This document shows positions 42,534 to 52,008 of a stretch of DNA of 64,000 bases, piece by piece; position 1 is the first letter of the stretch, and each line of letters opens with the position of its first letter. Origin of the DNA: an uncultured Bacilli bacterium. GTDB lineage: Bacteria > Bacillota_I > Bacilli_A > RF39 > UBA660. The position numbers were made by a program, and so were the translations under genes. Below the pieces are notes generated by a model, which ran no database searches, was not told where the DNA came from, and was given only the letters and a program-made list of their open reading frames with translations. The stretch spans positions 287,030 to 351,029 of the forward strand of contig CAKPKR010000001.1 of assembly GCA_934167465.1 (NCBI GenBank), written 5' to 3'.

Positions 42534-43297
42534 TGAAGTTTTCTGTTTTAGCAAGTGGTTCAAAAGGCAATATTAGTTATATTGCCTCTAGTTCTGCTAA
42601 ATTATTGATAGATGCTGGAATAACAGCTTCAACAATTGAAAAAAATCTATTAGAGTTAGGTGTTGATCCTAATGAAATAGATGGAATTTTACTTACTCAT
42701 ACTCATAGTGATCATATTAATGGTTTGAAAGTGTTTATTAAAAAATATCATACAAAAGTTTATTTAAGTGAAAAAATGTATGATGAATTAGAAAAACAAA
42801 TCAATTTAATTAATTATGAAATAATTGACAAATTTGTTAGTATTAAAGATATTGATATTGATATAATTAAAACATCACATGATGCTGATGATTCTAATGG
42901 TTATATTTTAAATTCTGATGGAAAGTCAATTGTTTATATAACAGATACTGGCTATATAAATAGAAAAAACCATTCTAAATTGAAAGATAAAACAGCTTAC
43001 ATAATGGAAAGTAATCACGATGTGGAAATGCTTATGAATGGTAAATATCCATATTATTTAAAACAAAGAATTTTAGGTGACAGAGGACATTTATCAAATA
43101 AACTTTCTAGTGAGTATTTAGCAACTTTCATAGGAAAAGATACTGAAAAAATAGTATTAATTCACTTAAGTGAAGAAAACAATGACCCTGAAGTTGCTTT
43201 AAAGACAATTCACGATACTTTTTCAGAAAAAAACATAAATTTTGATGATATAACAATATCTACTCAAAAAGAAAGAACGGATTTGGTCACTTTATGA
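42533..43297 (+). CDS. MBL-fold metallo-hydrolase (YycJ/WalJ-like)
   Basis: HTHSDH zinc motif. Confidence 0.75.
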   Translation: MKFSVLASGSKGNISYIASSSAKLLIDAGITASTIEKNLLELGVDPNEIDGILLTHTHSDHINGLKVFIKKYHTKVYLSEKMYDELEKQINLINYEIIDKFVSIKDIDIDIIKTSHDADDSNGYILNSDGKSIVYITDTGYINRKNHSKLKDKTAYIMESNHDVEMLMNGKYPYYLKQRILGDRGHLSNKLSSEYLATFIGKDTEKIVLIHLSEENNDPEVALKTIHDTFSEKNINFDDITISTQKERTDLVTL

Positions 43298-43740
43298 TAA
43301 AAATAATTTGTGTTGGAAAAATTAAAGAGAATTTTTTTAAAGCTGCTATTAATGAATATACAAAGAGGTTAAGTAAATATACAAAATTAGAAATAATTGA
43401 AGTTCCAGATGAATGTAATGGGGAGATATTAAAAAAAGAGGCAAGTTCTATTTTAAAACATATTACTGAAAGAGATTATGTTATTACTTTAGAAATAGAT
43501 GGAAAAGAATTAAATTCTATAGAGTTATCTAATAAAATTAATGATACATTAATTAATAATTCAAATATTGTATTTATTATAGGGGGATCTTTAGGTTTAG
43601 ATAATTTAGTAAAGATAAGAAGTAATTATAAATTGTCTTTTTCGAAATTAACTTTTCCACATCAATTGTTTCGAATTATATTATTAGAGCAAATTTATAG
43701 ATCATTTAAAATATTAAATAATGAATCTTATCATAAATAA
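43294..43740 (+). CDS. rlmH: 23S rRNA (pseudouridine1915-N3)-methyltransferase RlmH
   Basis: SPOUT fold, 148 aa, with IIGGSLGL. Confidence 0.9.
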   Translation: MIKIICVGKIKENFFKAAINEYTKRLSKYTKLEIIEVPDECNGEILKKEASSILKHITERDYVITLEIDGKELNSIELSNKINDTLINNSNIVFIIGGSLGLDNLVKIRSNYKLSFSKLTFPHQLFRIILLEQIYRSFKILNNESYHK

Positions 43741-43791
43741 TTGTATAAAAATAAATTAAATCATCACTATTTAATAGGAGATGATTTTTTT

Positions 43792-44307
43792 ATGAAAAAA
43801 ATATTATGTTTATTAATAATCATATTTGTAATTGTTACGAGTGTTAAAGCAAGTAATTTTGTTATTCCTGATGATGCTATTAGAATAAGAGTAATTGCTA
43901 ACAGCAATAGTGAATATGATCAAAATATTAAATTAAAAATAAAAGAAATGTTAGAAATAAAAATGTATAATTTATTAAAAGATATAAAAGGTGTAGAAAG
44001 TGCTAGAACTATCATCAATAATAATCTGAATAGTATTGAAAATGATATTAAGAATATTTTAGAAAATGAAAATTATACTTTAGGATATAATATTAGCTTT
44101 GGGGACAATTATTTTCCTAAAAAGGAATATAAGGGTGTAACGTATGAAGAAGGTTATTATGAATCATTAGTAGTTACACTAGGAAGTGGTGAAGGCGATA
44201 ATTGGTGGTGTGTTTTATTTCCACCACTATGTTTATTAGAGGCTGAAGAAAGTGAAGAAGTTGAATATAAATTTTTTATTCAAGAATTATTTGATAAGTA
44301 TTTTTAA
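43792..44307 (+). CDS. spoIIR: stage II sporulation protein R (SpoIIR family)
   Basis: Signal peptide, then IRIRVIANSNSEYDQNIKLKIKE and the hallmark GSGEGDNWWCVLFPPLC. Start at the ATG at 43792 (RBS AGGAG). Confidence 0.7.
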   Translation: MKKILCLLIIIFVIVTSVKASNFVIPDDAIRIRVIANSNSEYDQNIKLKIKEMLEIKMYNLLKDIKGVESARTIINNNLNSIENDIKNILENENYTLGYNISFGDNYFPKKEYKGVTYEEGYYESLVVTLGSGEGDNWWCVLFPPLCLLEAEESEEVEYKFFIQELFDKYF

Positions 44308-44355
44308 AAAGTAAAATTTTTATATATAAATTATTAAAAACTTCATAAAGAAGTT

Positions 44356-44708
44356 TTTTTGTCGGAATTTGTATGTAAAAAAATAGATGAAAATAATAAA
44401 AAATATAGCAGAATATAAAACGATATATTTAATTGGTGTTAGTGCATTTCTTCTTAAAAGAGGGCGGTGATATTATGACAAAAAGAGAAATATCTTTATT
44501 TTTAATAATAATTTTATTATTTGTTATAATTTTTACTTTATTATATAGATAATAAAAATTGCACTATCACAGGGGGGATAGTGCTTTCCAAAAACATTTT
44601 AGGAATGTATCTAACTCTTTAGACAATTAGATATATCCTTTTTTATTGTATGAGCAATAACTCATCTATATACATAGTAACACTTTAAAAAATTTTTTTC
44701 AAGTTTTT
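44356..44708 (+). repeat. copy A of a duplicated ~350-bp module: sORF + hairpins + terminator + convergent antisense promoter. See findings.
   Basis: About 85-90% identical by eye to 52009-52358. Confidence 0.75.
44475..44552 (+). CDS. 25-aa hydrophobic peptide MTKREISLFLIIILLFVIIFTLLYR (candidate type I toxin)
   Basis: ATG preceded by AGAGGG. Single TM-like segment. A paralogous sORF with the same length and frame lies at 52128-52205. Confidence 0.4.
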   Translation: MTKREISLFLIIILLFVIIFTLLYR

Positions 44709-44785
44709 CATAAAAGATAGTTCATAATATATTTTTATTCATAAAATGGAAAGCTCTTAATATTATAGATTAGGAGGTTTTTTTG

Positions 44786-45310
44786 ATGCCAATAATTATA
44801 TTAATAGGAATTAGTCTTAGTATGGATGCATTTAGTTTAGCTTTAGCTTATGGAACATTAAATTTAAAAAATAAGGATATTAATACATTATCAGTTATAG
44901 TAGGTTTATATCATTATTTTATGCCATTATTAGGTATGTTTGTTGGCAAAAAAATAATCTCACTTTTACCAATAAGTCCAGCTTTTTTAATATTTATAGT
45001 TTTATTTTTAATTGGACTTGAAATGATAATTGAGTCATTTAAAGAAGAAACAGAAATAAAACAATTAAATCTATTTGAGATGTTAATGTTTGGATTAGCT
45101 GTTTCCATTGATAGTTTTTCTTTAGGATTAGGATTAAAAACATTGTATAAAAATCCATATATAGCAACACTTGTATTTTCTATTTCTAGTTTATTATTTA
45201 CATATTTAGGATTAAAATTAGGAACAAAAATAAATCAAAAAGTAGGAAATATTTCAACAATAATAGGAGGTATTATACTCATAATAATAGGTATAATTTA
45301 TTTAGTGTAA
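44786..45310 (+). CDS. MntP-like manganese efflux pump family (DUF204) membrane protein
   Basis: SMDAFSLALAYG motif repeated (SIDSFSLGLGL). RBS GGAGG. Confidence 0.65.
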   Translation: MPIIILIGISLSMDAFSLALAYGTLNLKNKDINTLSVIVGLYHYFMPLLGMFVGKKIISLLPISPAFLIFIVLFLIGLEMIIESFKEETEIKQLNLFEMLMFGLAVSIDSFSLGLGLKTLYKNPYIATLVFSISSLLFTYLGLKLGTKINQKVGNISTIIGGIILIIIGIIYLV

Positions 45311-45371
45311 AGTAGATGTTATAAAAATTGATTTTAATAAGAAAAAATAATATAATTAATATGGTGATAAT

Positions 45372-46220
45372 ATGTTAACAAATACAAAAGAAATGTTAGA
45401 AAAAGCAAGAAATGGTAAGTATGCTGTACCACATTTTAATATTAATAATTTAGAGTGGACAAGATTTATATTAGAGGAATGTGAAAAAAATAATAGTCCT
45501 GTTATATTAGGCGTAAGTGAGGGCGCAAAAAAATATATGGGTGGATTTAATGTCGTATCTGCTATGGTAAAAGAATTAATAAAATCATTAAATATTAAAG
45601 TACCAGTGGCTCTTCATTTAGATCACGGTAGTAGTGTAGAAAGTTGTATTGAAGCAATTAATAATGGTTTTTCATCTGTTATGATAGATGCTTCTAAATA
45701 TGATTTGGAGACAAATATAAAAATGACAAAAGAAGTAGTGGAATATGCTAAAAAATATGATATTACAGTTGAAGCAGAGGTAGGCCATATTGGTGGATCT
45801 GAAGATGGCATTTCTAGTGAATTAGCATATGCTAAAGTAGAGGATGCAGTTAGATTATATAAAGAAACAAATATAGATAGTATTGCTCCAGCACTAGGAA
45901 GTGTCCATGGAATATACAAAGGTGAACCAAAATTAGATTTTGAAAAGATGAAAGAAATAGCTGATTTAACACAAATACCTTTAGTATTACATGGTGGCTC
46001 AGGAATAGATGATGAAAAAATTAGAAAAGCTATATCATCAGGAATTTGTAAGTTAAACATTAATACAGAATTACAAATGGAATGGGCTAGAGCAGTTAGA
46101 AAATTTGTAAATGAAAGTAATGATTATGATCCTCGTAAAATAATCAAATCAGGAGAAATAGCTATGAAAGAAGCTATAAGACACAAAATTGAATTGTTAG
46201 GAAGTTCAAATAAAGCCTAA
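45372..46220 (+). CDS. fba: class II fructose-bisphosphate aldolase
   Basis: LHLDHG zinc motif. 282 aa. Confidence 0.95.
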   Translation: MLTNTKEMLEKARNGKYAVPHFNINNLEWTRFILEECEKNNSPVILGVSEGAKKYMGGFNVVSAMVKELIKSLNIKVPVALHLDHGSSVESCIEAINNGFSSVMIDASKYDLETNIKMTKEVVEYAKKYDITVEAEVGHIGGSEDGISSELAYAKVEDAVRLYKETNIDSIAPALGSVHGIYKGEPKLDFEKMKEIADLTQIPLVLHGGSGIDDEKIRKAISSGICKLNINTELQMEWARAVRKFVNESNDYDPRKIIKSGEIAMKEAIRHKIELLGSSNKA

Positions 46221-46229
46221 GGAGGAACT

Positions 46230-47483
46230 ATGAAACAAATTAAAATAACTGGTGGGAAAATATTATCAGGTGAAATAAAAATAAGTGGTTCAAAAAATAG
46301 TGCGGTAGCACTTGTTCCAGCTTCTTTATTAAGTGATGGGATAGTAGAAATTGATAATATTCCAAATATTTCAGATATTGATGCCCTAACAGAAGTTTTA
46401 GAATATCTAGGTGCGAAAGTGACTAGAGATGATAGAAAAATGACAATTGATTCGAGTAAAATAGAAAGTAAGAGTATTCCAGAACAATTGGCAAAGAAAT
46501 TAAGAGCTTCATATTATTTTATGGGAGCTATGTTAGGAAAATATAAAAAAGTTGAAATGTATTTTCCAGGTGGATGTTCCATTGGTAAAAGACCTATTGA
46601 TTTACATTTAAAAGGTTTTGAAGCTTTAGGAGCAAAGGTAACTATTGATGATAATAAATATATTGTTGAAGCTGATGAACTAGTTGGTAATAATATATAT
46701 TTAGACATAGCTAGCGTTGGTGCTACCATAAATATTATGTTAGCTGCTACTTTAGCTAAGGGTACAACTATTATCGAAAATGCCGCTAAAGAACCACATA
46801 TCGTAAATGTTGCTATCTTTTTAAATCAAATGGGTGCAAAAATAACAGGTGCTGGTACTAGTAGAATTAAAATAGAAGGAGTACAAAAATTAAATGGTGC
46901 TTTTCACGAAGTGGTTCCTGATTATATAGAAGCAGGGACATATGTAGTAGCAGGGGCTTTATGTGGGAAAAATTTAGTGATTAAGAATTTGATTCCATCT
47001 CATATAGAATCATTGACTTCTAAATTAAAGAATATGGGAATTAAATTTGAAACAGGAATAGATTATATAAAAATATCTAAAAGTGAAAAAATGAAAGCAG
47101 TTGATATATCAACTGCTGTTTATCCAGGTTTTCCTACAGATTTACAACAAGTTTTTACTGTTTTATTAACACAAACTGAAGGAATAAGCAGAGTAAAAGA
47201 AAATATATGGGAAAATAGATTTATGCATATTCCTTATTTAAATAGTATGGGAGCTAATATAACAGTAAATGAGAGTGTAGCAACTATTAAAGGGAAAACT
47301 CCATTAACAGGAACAGATGTAGTAGCTACTGATTTAAGAGCAGGTGCTTGTATGGTTTTGGCGGCTCTTATCGCAAGTGGTGAAACAACTATAAATTCTG
47401 TTGAACATATATTAAGAGGTTATGAAGGTATAATTGAAAAATTATCTAATGTAGGTGCTAAAATAGAATTAATAGAAATATAA
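46230..47483 (+). CDS. murA: UDP-N-acetylglucosamine 1-carboxyvinyltransferase
   Basis: Catalytic Cys loop PGGCSIGKRPIDLH. Confidence 0.95.
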   Translation: MKQIKITGGKILSGEIKISGSKNSAVALVPASLLSDGIVEIDNIPNISDIDALTEVLEYLGAKVTRDDRKMTIDSSKIESKSIPEQLAKKLRASYYFMGAMLGKYKKVEMYFPGGCSIGKRPIDLHLKGFEALGAKVTIDDNKYIVEADELVGNNIYLDIASVGATINIMLAATLAKGTTIIENAAKEPHIVNVAIFLNQMGAKITGAGTSRIKIEGVQKLNGAFHEVVPDYIEAGTYVVAGALCGKNLVIKNLIPSHIESLTSKLKNMGIKFETGIDYIKISKSEKMKAVDISTAVYPGFPTDLQQVFTVLLTQTEGISRVKENIWENRFMHIPYLNSMGANITVNESVATIKGKTPLTGTDVVATDLRAGACMVLAALIASGETTINSVEHILRGYEGIIEKLSNVGAKIELIEI

Positions 47484-47522
47484 TAAAAGTAGATTAATAT
47501 CTACTTTTTTTTGAGGTGAGTT

Positions 47523-48122
47523 ATGAAAGTTAAGGTTGTTTTGGCATTGTTTTTAATAGTTGTTTTAATATTTCTTATTTATACATTTAATATTAAAAAT
47601 GATATATTTTATTTTAATGTTATGGATAAAAAATATGACTATGATACCTATAATGTTTTATTAAATGAAAATTTAGATAATGTTCAAAAATATATAAGTT
47701 ATGAACAGGATGATTATAGAGTAACAGATTTAATAAGAGATATTAATGATAATATTATTGTTAATAATCGAAAAATTCAAAATATTTTAATTAAAGCTGA
47801 TATTATTACACTAATGATTGGTAATAATGAACTTAATTATAAAATTAAAAATATTGATATGACAGAATTATTTGAGTATAGTAATTCTTTATTGGAAGAT
47901 TTAGATGATTTATTTAAATTGGTTAGAAAGTATTCCAAAGAAAAAATATTTTTTATAGGGTTTTATAATTCAAATGAATATTATGAAGAATTATATAGAT
48001 ATTTAAATTTAAGAATTAAGGATATGTGTGACAGTTATAATATAGTTTATATAGATAGATTAATGAATTTCAGTTCTAAAGAAAATGTAAATATATATAA
48101 AAAAATAATTAAAAAGTATTGA
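47523..48122 (+). CDS. hypothetical membrane-anchored protein (199 aa)
   Basis: N-terminal TM. No family recognised. Confidence 0.4.
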   Translation: MKVKVVLALFLIVVLIFLIYTFNIKNDIFYFNVMDKKYDYDTYNVLLNENLDNVQKYISYEQDDYRVTDLIRDINDNIIVNNRKIQNILIKADIITLMIGNNELNYKIKNIDMTELFEYSNSLLEDLDDLFKLVRKYSKEKIFFIGFYNSNEYYEELYRYLNLRIKDMCDSYNIVYIDRLMNFSSKENVNIYKKIIKKY

Positions 48123-48202
48123 TTTCATTGCTTTTTATGTTATAATATAAGAGCATTAAATTTCTATGACTAATGTTAGTCATGGCGGAAGGAGATAGTA
48201 AT

Positions 48203-48418
48203 ATGAAAAAAAATATTCATCCAGAATATGTAGAAACAAAAGTAACTTGTGCTTGTGGTAATACATTTACAGTTAGATCTAACAAAGCTGAATTACACTT
48301 AGAAACTTGTAATAAATGCCATCCATTCTATACAGGTGTTCAAGGTGCGGTTGCTAAAACAGGTCGTGTTGAAAAATTCAATCGTAAATATGGATTTAAT
48401 ACTGAAAAAGAAGCTTAA
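48203..48418 (+). CDS. rpmE: 50S ribosomal protein L31 (zinc-ribbon C+ form)
   Basis: MKKNIHPEY...CACGN...[21 protein letters not shown]. The ORF-track start at 48173 is rejected. Confidence 0.92.
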   Translation: MKKNIHPEYVETKVTCACGNTFTVRSNKAELHLETCNKCHPFYTGVQGAVAKTGRVEKFNRKYGFNTEKEA

Positions 48419-48432
48419 TTGCTTCTTTTTTT
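48405..48432 (+). terminator. rpmE terminator AAAAAGAAGC-ttaatt-GCTTCTTTTT
   Basis: Read directly. Confidence 0.6.
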
Positions 48433-48436
48433 ATGA

Positions 48437-49978
48437 TTATGCTTTACTTATTTTTTTGATTATTTTATTGAATAAATCTTTTATCTTGTCGTAGAAATAC
48501 TTAAATTCTTCTGTTCTATGGAATAATAAAATTATAATTAAATTGTATAATATAAATGTAATACCTGCTAAAACAATCCACATAATTATATTTTTTACAA
48601 CTATGTAATTTGTTATTAATCTAATTAATATACAGGATGCAACAAATATTAATAAATAATAAATGTATCTAATGTAATATTTTTTAGGGCTATCTTTAAA
48701 TCCATATTTATAAACAACATAAGGATCTAGCCAAGCTGTAGTAAAAATTCTACTTAGGATGGTACCAATTACTACTCCAGCAACACCTAATGGTTTAACT
48801 AATATTATAGAAATTATTATATTTAGAACTACCATTACAATTGGTCTAAATTTAGCAATATAGAATAAACCGTATGCTGTTCTAAAAGAATTTGTTACTG
48901 ATTGCATACCAGCTGTGTAAAAGTTTAGTGCTAAAAGAGCAGATATCCAATTTGATAACATATAATTACTACCAATCCATAGATAAATAAATGGATTAAT
49001 TAAGATAAATAAACATAAAGCGCATAGTGAAAAAATATAAAAATTAAAGAAATTTAGTTTTTCATATATATTTTTGCTTCTTTCATTGTTTGTTGCTACT
49101 AAGTTACCAATACTTGATGTAATTGCATTAAATATTTGAGAAACTACATTATTTAATGAATTAATAATTAATAAATAATTAGAATATAATCCAACGGTAA
49201 TTAAACCTATAAATTTAGAAATAATAATATTATCAGTTCCGTTAGCAATTACATTACCAATTTTATAAATAAATAATGATTTAATATTTTTATTTATTTC
49301 TGCTAATTCTTTTTTATCAACATCTTTTACATCTTTATCTTTTAAATATGGATACATTTTATCAGCTGTTTTAGAATACCAAATGTTTTGAATTAAGACG
49401 AATACAATACTACATCCTAAATATAAAACAAAATCTTTAGTTAAAACTAATATAATTACTCTAACAACATTTAATAAAAATGAGCAAGTAAAAGTTATTT
49501 TAGAAACTATATATCCTTTTTGATTGGATTCAATTAAAAATCTTTTATATACAAATAAATAACTTAGTGCTGAATGTGTAGCAAACATCATATAAATTAA
49601 ATATATATGAGGTATGTCAGGCATATTTTTAATAATTAAAGGCAAAAATGGAGTTATTGATAATCCAACAATTAGAACAACTAAGCCTATAATATTATAT
49701 ACTTTAGAATAATATTTCATTAATGATTTTATTTTTTCAGTATCTTTTTTAGCTAAAGGTTTATATAAACTATATGGAATGGCAATTCCAATTCCTAAAT
49801 CTGCTAAAGATAGAAGTGTAATAATATTTGAAAATAATCCATTAATTCCTAGATATTCACTACCTAATATTTTAATAAAGATTGTTTTAACAGCAAAATC
49901 CATTAATACAGTTAATACTTGATTTACAATCGATGTTGTCGAATTGATTATTGAATTTTTTGTTCTAGATCTTTCCAT
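48437..49978 (-). CDS. MOP-superfamily flippase (Wzx/SpoVB/MurJ-like polysaccharide or lipid-linked oligosaccharide exporter)
   Basis: 513 aa with about 14 predicted TM helices. Convergent with rpmE. Confidence 0.7.
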   Translation of the reverse strand: MERSRTKNSIINSTTSIVNQVLTVLMDFAVKTIFIKILGSEYLGINGLFSNIITLLSLADLGIGIAIPYSLYKPLAKKDTEKIKSLMKYYSKVYNIIGLVVLIVGLSITPFLPLIIKNMPDIPHIYLIYMMFATHSALSYLFVYKRFLIESNQKGYIVSKITFTCSFLLNVVRVIILVLTKDFVLYLGCSIVFVLIQNIWYSKTADKMYPYLKDKDVKDVDKKELAEINKNIKSLFIYKIGNVIANGTDNIIISKFIGLITVGLYSNYLLIINSLNNVVSQIFNAITSSIGNLVATNNERSKNIYEKLNFFNFYIFSLCALCLFILINPFIYLWIGSNYMLSNWISALLALNFYTAGMQSVTNSFRTAYGLFYIAKFRPIVMVVLNIIISIILVKPLGVAGVVIGTILSRIFTTAWLDPYVVYKYGFKDSPKKYYIRYIYYLLIFVASCILIRLITNYIVVKNIIMWIVLAGITFILYNLIIILLFHRTEEFKYFYDKIKDLFNKIIKKISKA

Positions 49979-50071
49979 TTAATCACCTGTCTAATAGACA
50001 TTATACATTAATTTTGAATAAAAATAAATGACTTAAGGTAAAATATATAGTATAATTATGGTGGTGATAAT

Positions 50072-51307
50072 ATGCTAGAACAATTAAGTATTGAAGAATT
50101 TAATGAGTTTTCGAAGAATCACGAACAGGGTATCTTTTTTCAAAGTTCTTATTGGGGTGATTTGAAGAAGATGACTGGTTGGGTTCCTCATATTGTAGGA
50201 ATAAAAGAAGGCTATAATATAAAAGGCGCAACTTTGTTATTAGCTAAAAAAATACCTGTATTTAATAAGTATATATTTTATGCGCCAAGAGGTTATTTAT
50301 TAAATTATAAAGATGAAAAATTTTTAGCTGATTTTACAAATAAAATTGTTAAATATGTTAAAAAAAATCATGGAATTTTTGTTAAAATAAATCCAAATGT
50401 TGAATATCAAAAAAGAGATATTGATGGAAATATAGTAGAAGGATTTAATAATCAAAAAATAGTTGATGCTTTAATCAAACTAGGATATAAACATAATGGT
50501 TTTACTATTACATATGGTACAGATTTAGAACCTCGTTGGTGGTCTGTTTTAGATTTAAAAAATAAAACGGAAGAAGATATTCTAAAAAATATGCGAGGTA
50601 CAACAAGATGGGGAATAAATAATTCCTATAAACACGGTTTGAAATTAGTTCAAATTGACGAAAGTAGAATAGCTGAATTTAAAAAATTAATGGAACATAC
50701 TAGTGAAAGAAGAGGATTTATAGATAGACCTATTTCTTATTATAAAAAAATGTATGAATCTTTTAGTAAAAATGACAACATTAAGATATTGTTAGTTGAA
50801 TTAAATTTACAAGAAAATCTAAAAAGTTTAAATGAACAATTAATTAATACAGAAGATAAATTAAATAAAACAAAAAAAGAAAGCGCGATTAAGGAATATG
50901 AAAGTCAAGTAACTGCTATTAAGAAAAAGATAGAAGAAGATAAAGAGCTAATAAAAAATTATGGTAATAATATTGTAGTTGCTGGTGGATTATTTATGTT
51001 GTTTGGTAGACAAGTTGTTTCTTTATTTGGAGCATCTTATCGTGAATTTATGAAATTTAATGGTCAATATTTTTTAAACTACGAAATGATTAAATATGCT
51101 TTAAATAATGGTTATGAAAAATTCAATTTTTTTGGAATAACTGGTGAATTTAATGAGGATTCAGATATGTATGGATTGTTTAATTTTAAAAGGGGCTTTG
51201 GAGCGGAAGTTGTTGAATTAATAGGTGAATTCAATTTAGTTACCGATAAATTCTTTAATGTTATTTATAAAATTATGTATAAAGTGTATAGGAAAACAAA
51301 GAGGTGA
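50072..51307 (+). CDS. FemAB-family peptidoglycan interpeptide-bridge aminoacyltransferase
   Basis: Two GNAT-like halves with an inserted coiled-coil (LNEQLINTEDKLNKTKKES...). Confidence 0.8.
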   Translation: MLEQLSIEEFNEFSKNHEQGIFFQSSYWGDLKKMTGWVPHIVGIKEGYNIKGATLLLAKKIPVFNKYIFYAPRGYLLNYKDEKFLADFTNKIVKYVKKNHGIFVKINPNVEYQKRDIDGNIVEGFNNQKIVDALIKLGYKHNGFTITYGTDLEPRWWSVLDLKNKTEEDILKNMRGTTRWGINNSYKHGLKLVQIDESRIAEFKKLMEHTSERRGFIDRPISYYKKMYESFSKNDNIKILLVELNLQENLKSLNEQLINTEDKLNKTKKESAIKEYESQVTAIKKKIEEDKELIKNYGNNIVVAGGLFMLFGRQVVSLFGASYREFMKFNGQYFLNYEMIKYALNNGYEKFNFFGITGEFNEDSDMYGLFNFKRGFGAEVVELIGEFNLVTDKFFNVIYKIMYKVYRKTKR

Positions 51308-51311
51308 TTTT

Positions 51312-51746
51312 GTGATAGGAATAGCAAGTGATCATGCAGGATATGAAGTTAAACAAAAAATAATTGATTTTTTAGAAAAAAATAATTATAAAGTTATTGA
51401 TTATGGAACAAATAGTACTGATTCAGTTGATTATCCTAATTATGCTTTTAAAATAGGAACTGATGTTGTTAATAAAAAAATAGAAAAAGGTATTTTAATT
51501 TGTAAAACAGGAATAGGGATGTCAATTGCTTGTAATAAAGTAAAGGGAATTAGATGTTCTAAAGTTGATACTAAAGAAGAGGCATATTTAACTCGTTTTC
51601 ATAATGACAGTAATGTTTTAGCTATATCTGCTATGAAGGAATTAAGTGAAATAGAGGAAATCATTAAAATATATTTAGAAACCCCATTTTCAAATGAAGA
51701 AAAACATTTGAGAAGAATAAAGGAGATTTGTGACTATGAACGTTAA
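51312..51746 (+). CDS. rpiB: ribose-5-phosphate isomerase B (RpiB/LacAB family)
   Basis: IGIASDHAGYE...ILICKTGIGMSIACNK. GTG start at 51312 after RBS AAGAGGTGA. Confidence 0.8.
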   Translation: MIGIASDHAGYEVKQKIIDFLEKNNYKVIDYGTNSTDSVDYPNYAFKIGTDVVNKKIEKGILICKTGIGMSIACNKVKGIRCSKVDTKEEAYLTRFHNDSNVLAISAMKELSEIEEIIKIYLETPFSNEEKHLRRIKEICDYER

Positions 51747-51933
51747 GTTGATATTATATATAGTTATATTACCTCTTTCTTTATTTGCTTTAGATTCTTT
51801 GAGCATTGAAAACAAATTTAAAAAAAATAGAATTTATCAAGCTAGATTGTTAGTTCTTTTTTTAGCAATGTCTATGTCTTATTTAGTAGTTAATTTTTTG
51901 ACGGATGTATTTTTAAATAGTAATTTTATATAA
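51730..51933 (+). CDS. hypothetical 67-aa two-TM peptide
   Basis: ORF only. Confidence 0.3.
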   Translation: MTMNVKLILYIVILPLSLFALDSLSIENKFKKNRIYQARLLVLFLAMSMSYLVVNFLTDVFLNSNFI

Positions 51934-52008
51934 AAATTCACTTATTAGTGAATTTTTTGTAGTTATTGATAATGGCATTGTTTAGTAGTAATTATATATT
52001 AGGAAAAA

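Noticed and set aside
44709-44785. Looked for a yybP-ykoY manganese riboswitch upstream of the MntP-like gene
   Set aside because: None of the conserved GC-rich riboswitch helices is present. The upstream region is instead occupied by the sORF/hairpin module, which also occurs in front of an unrelated gene.
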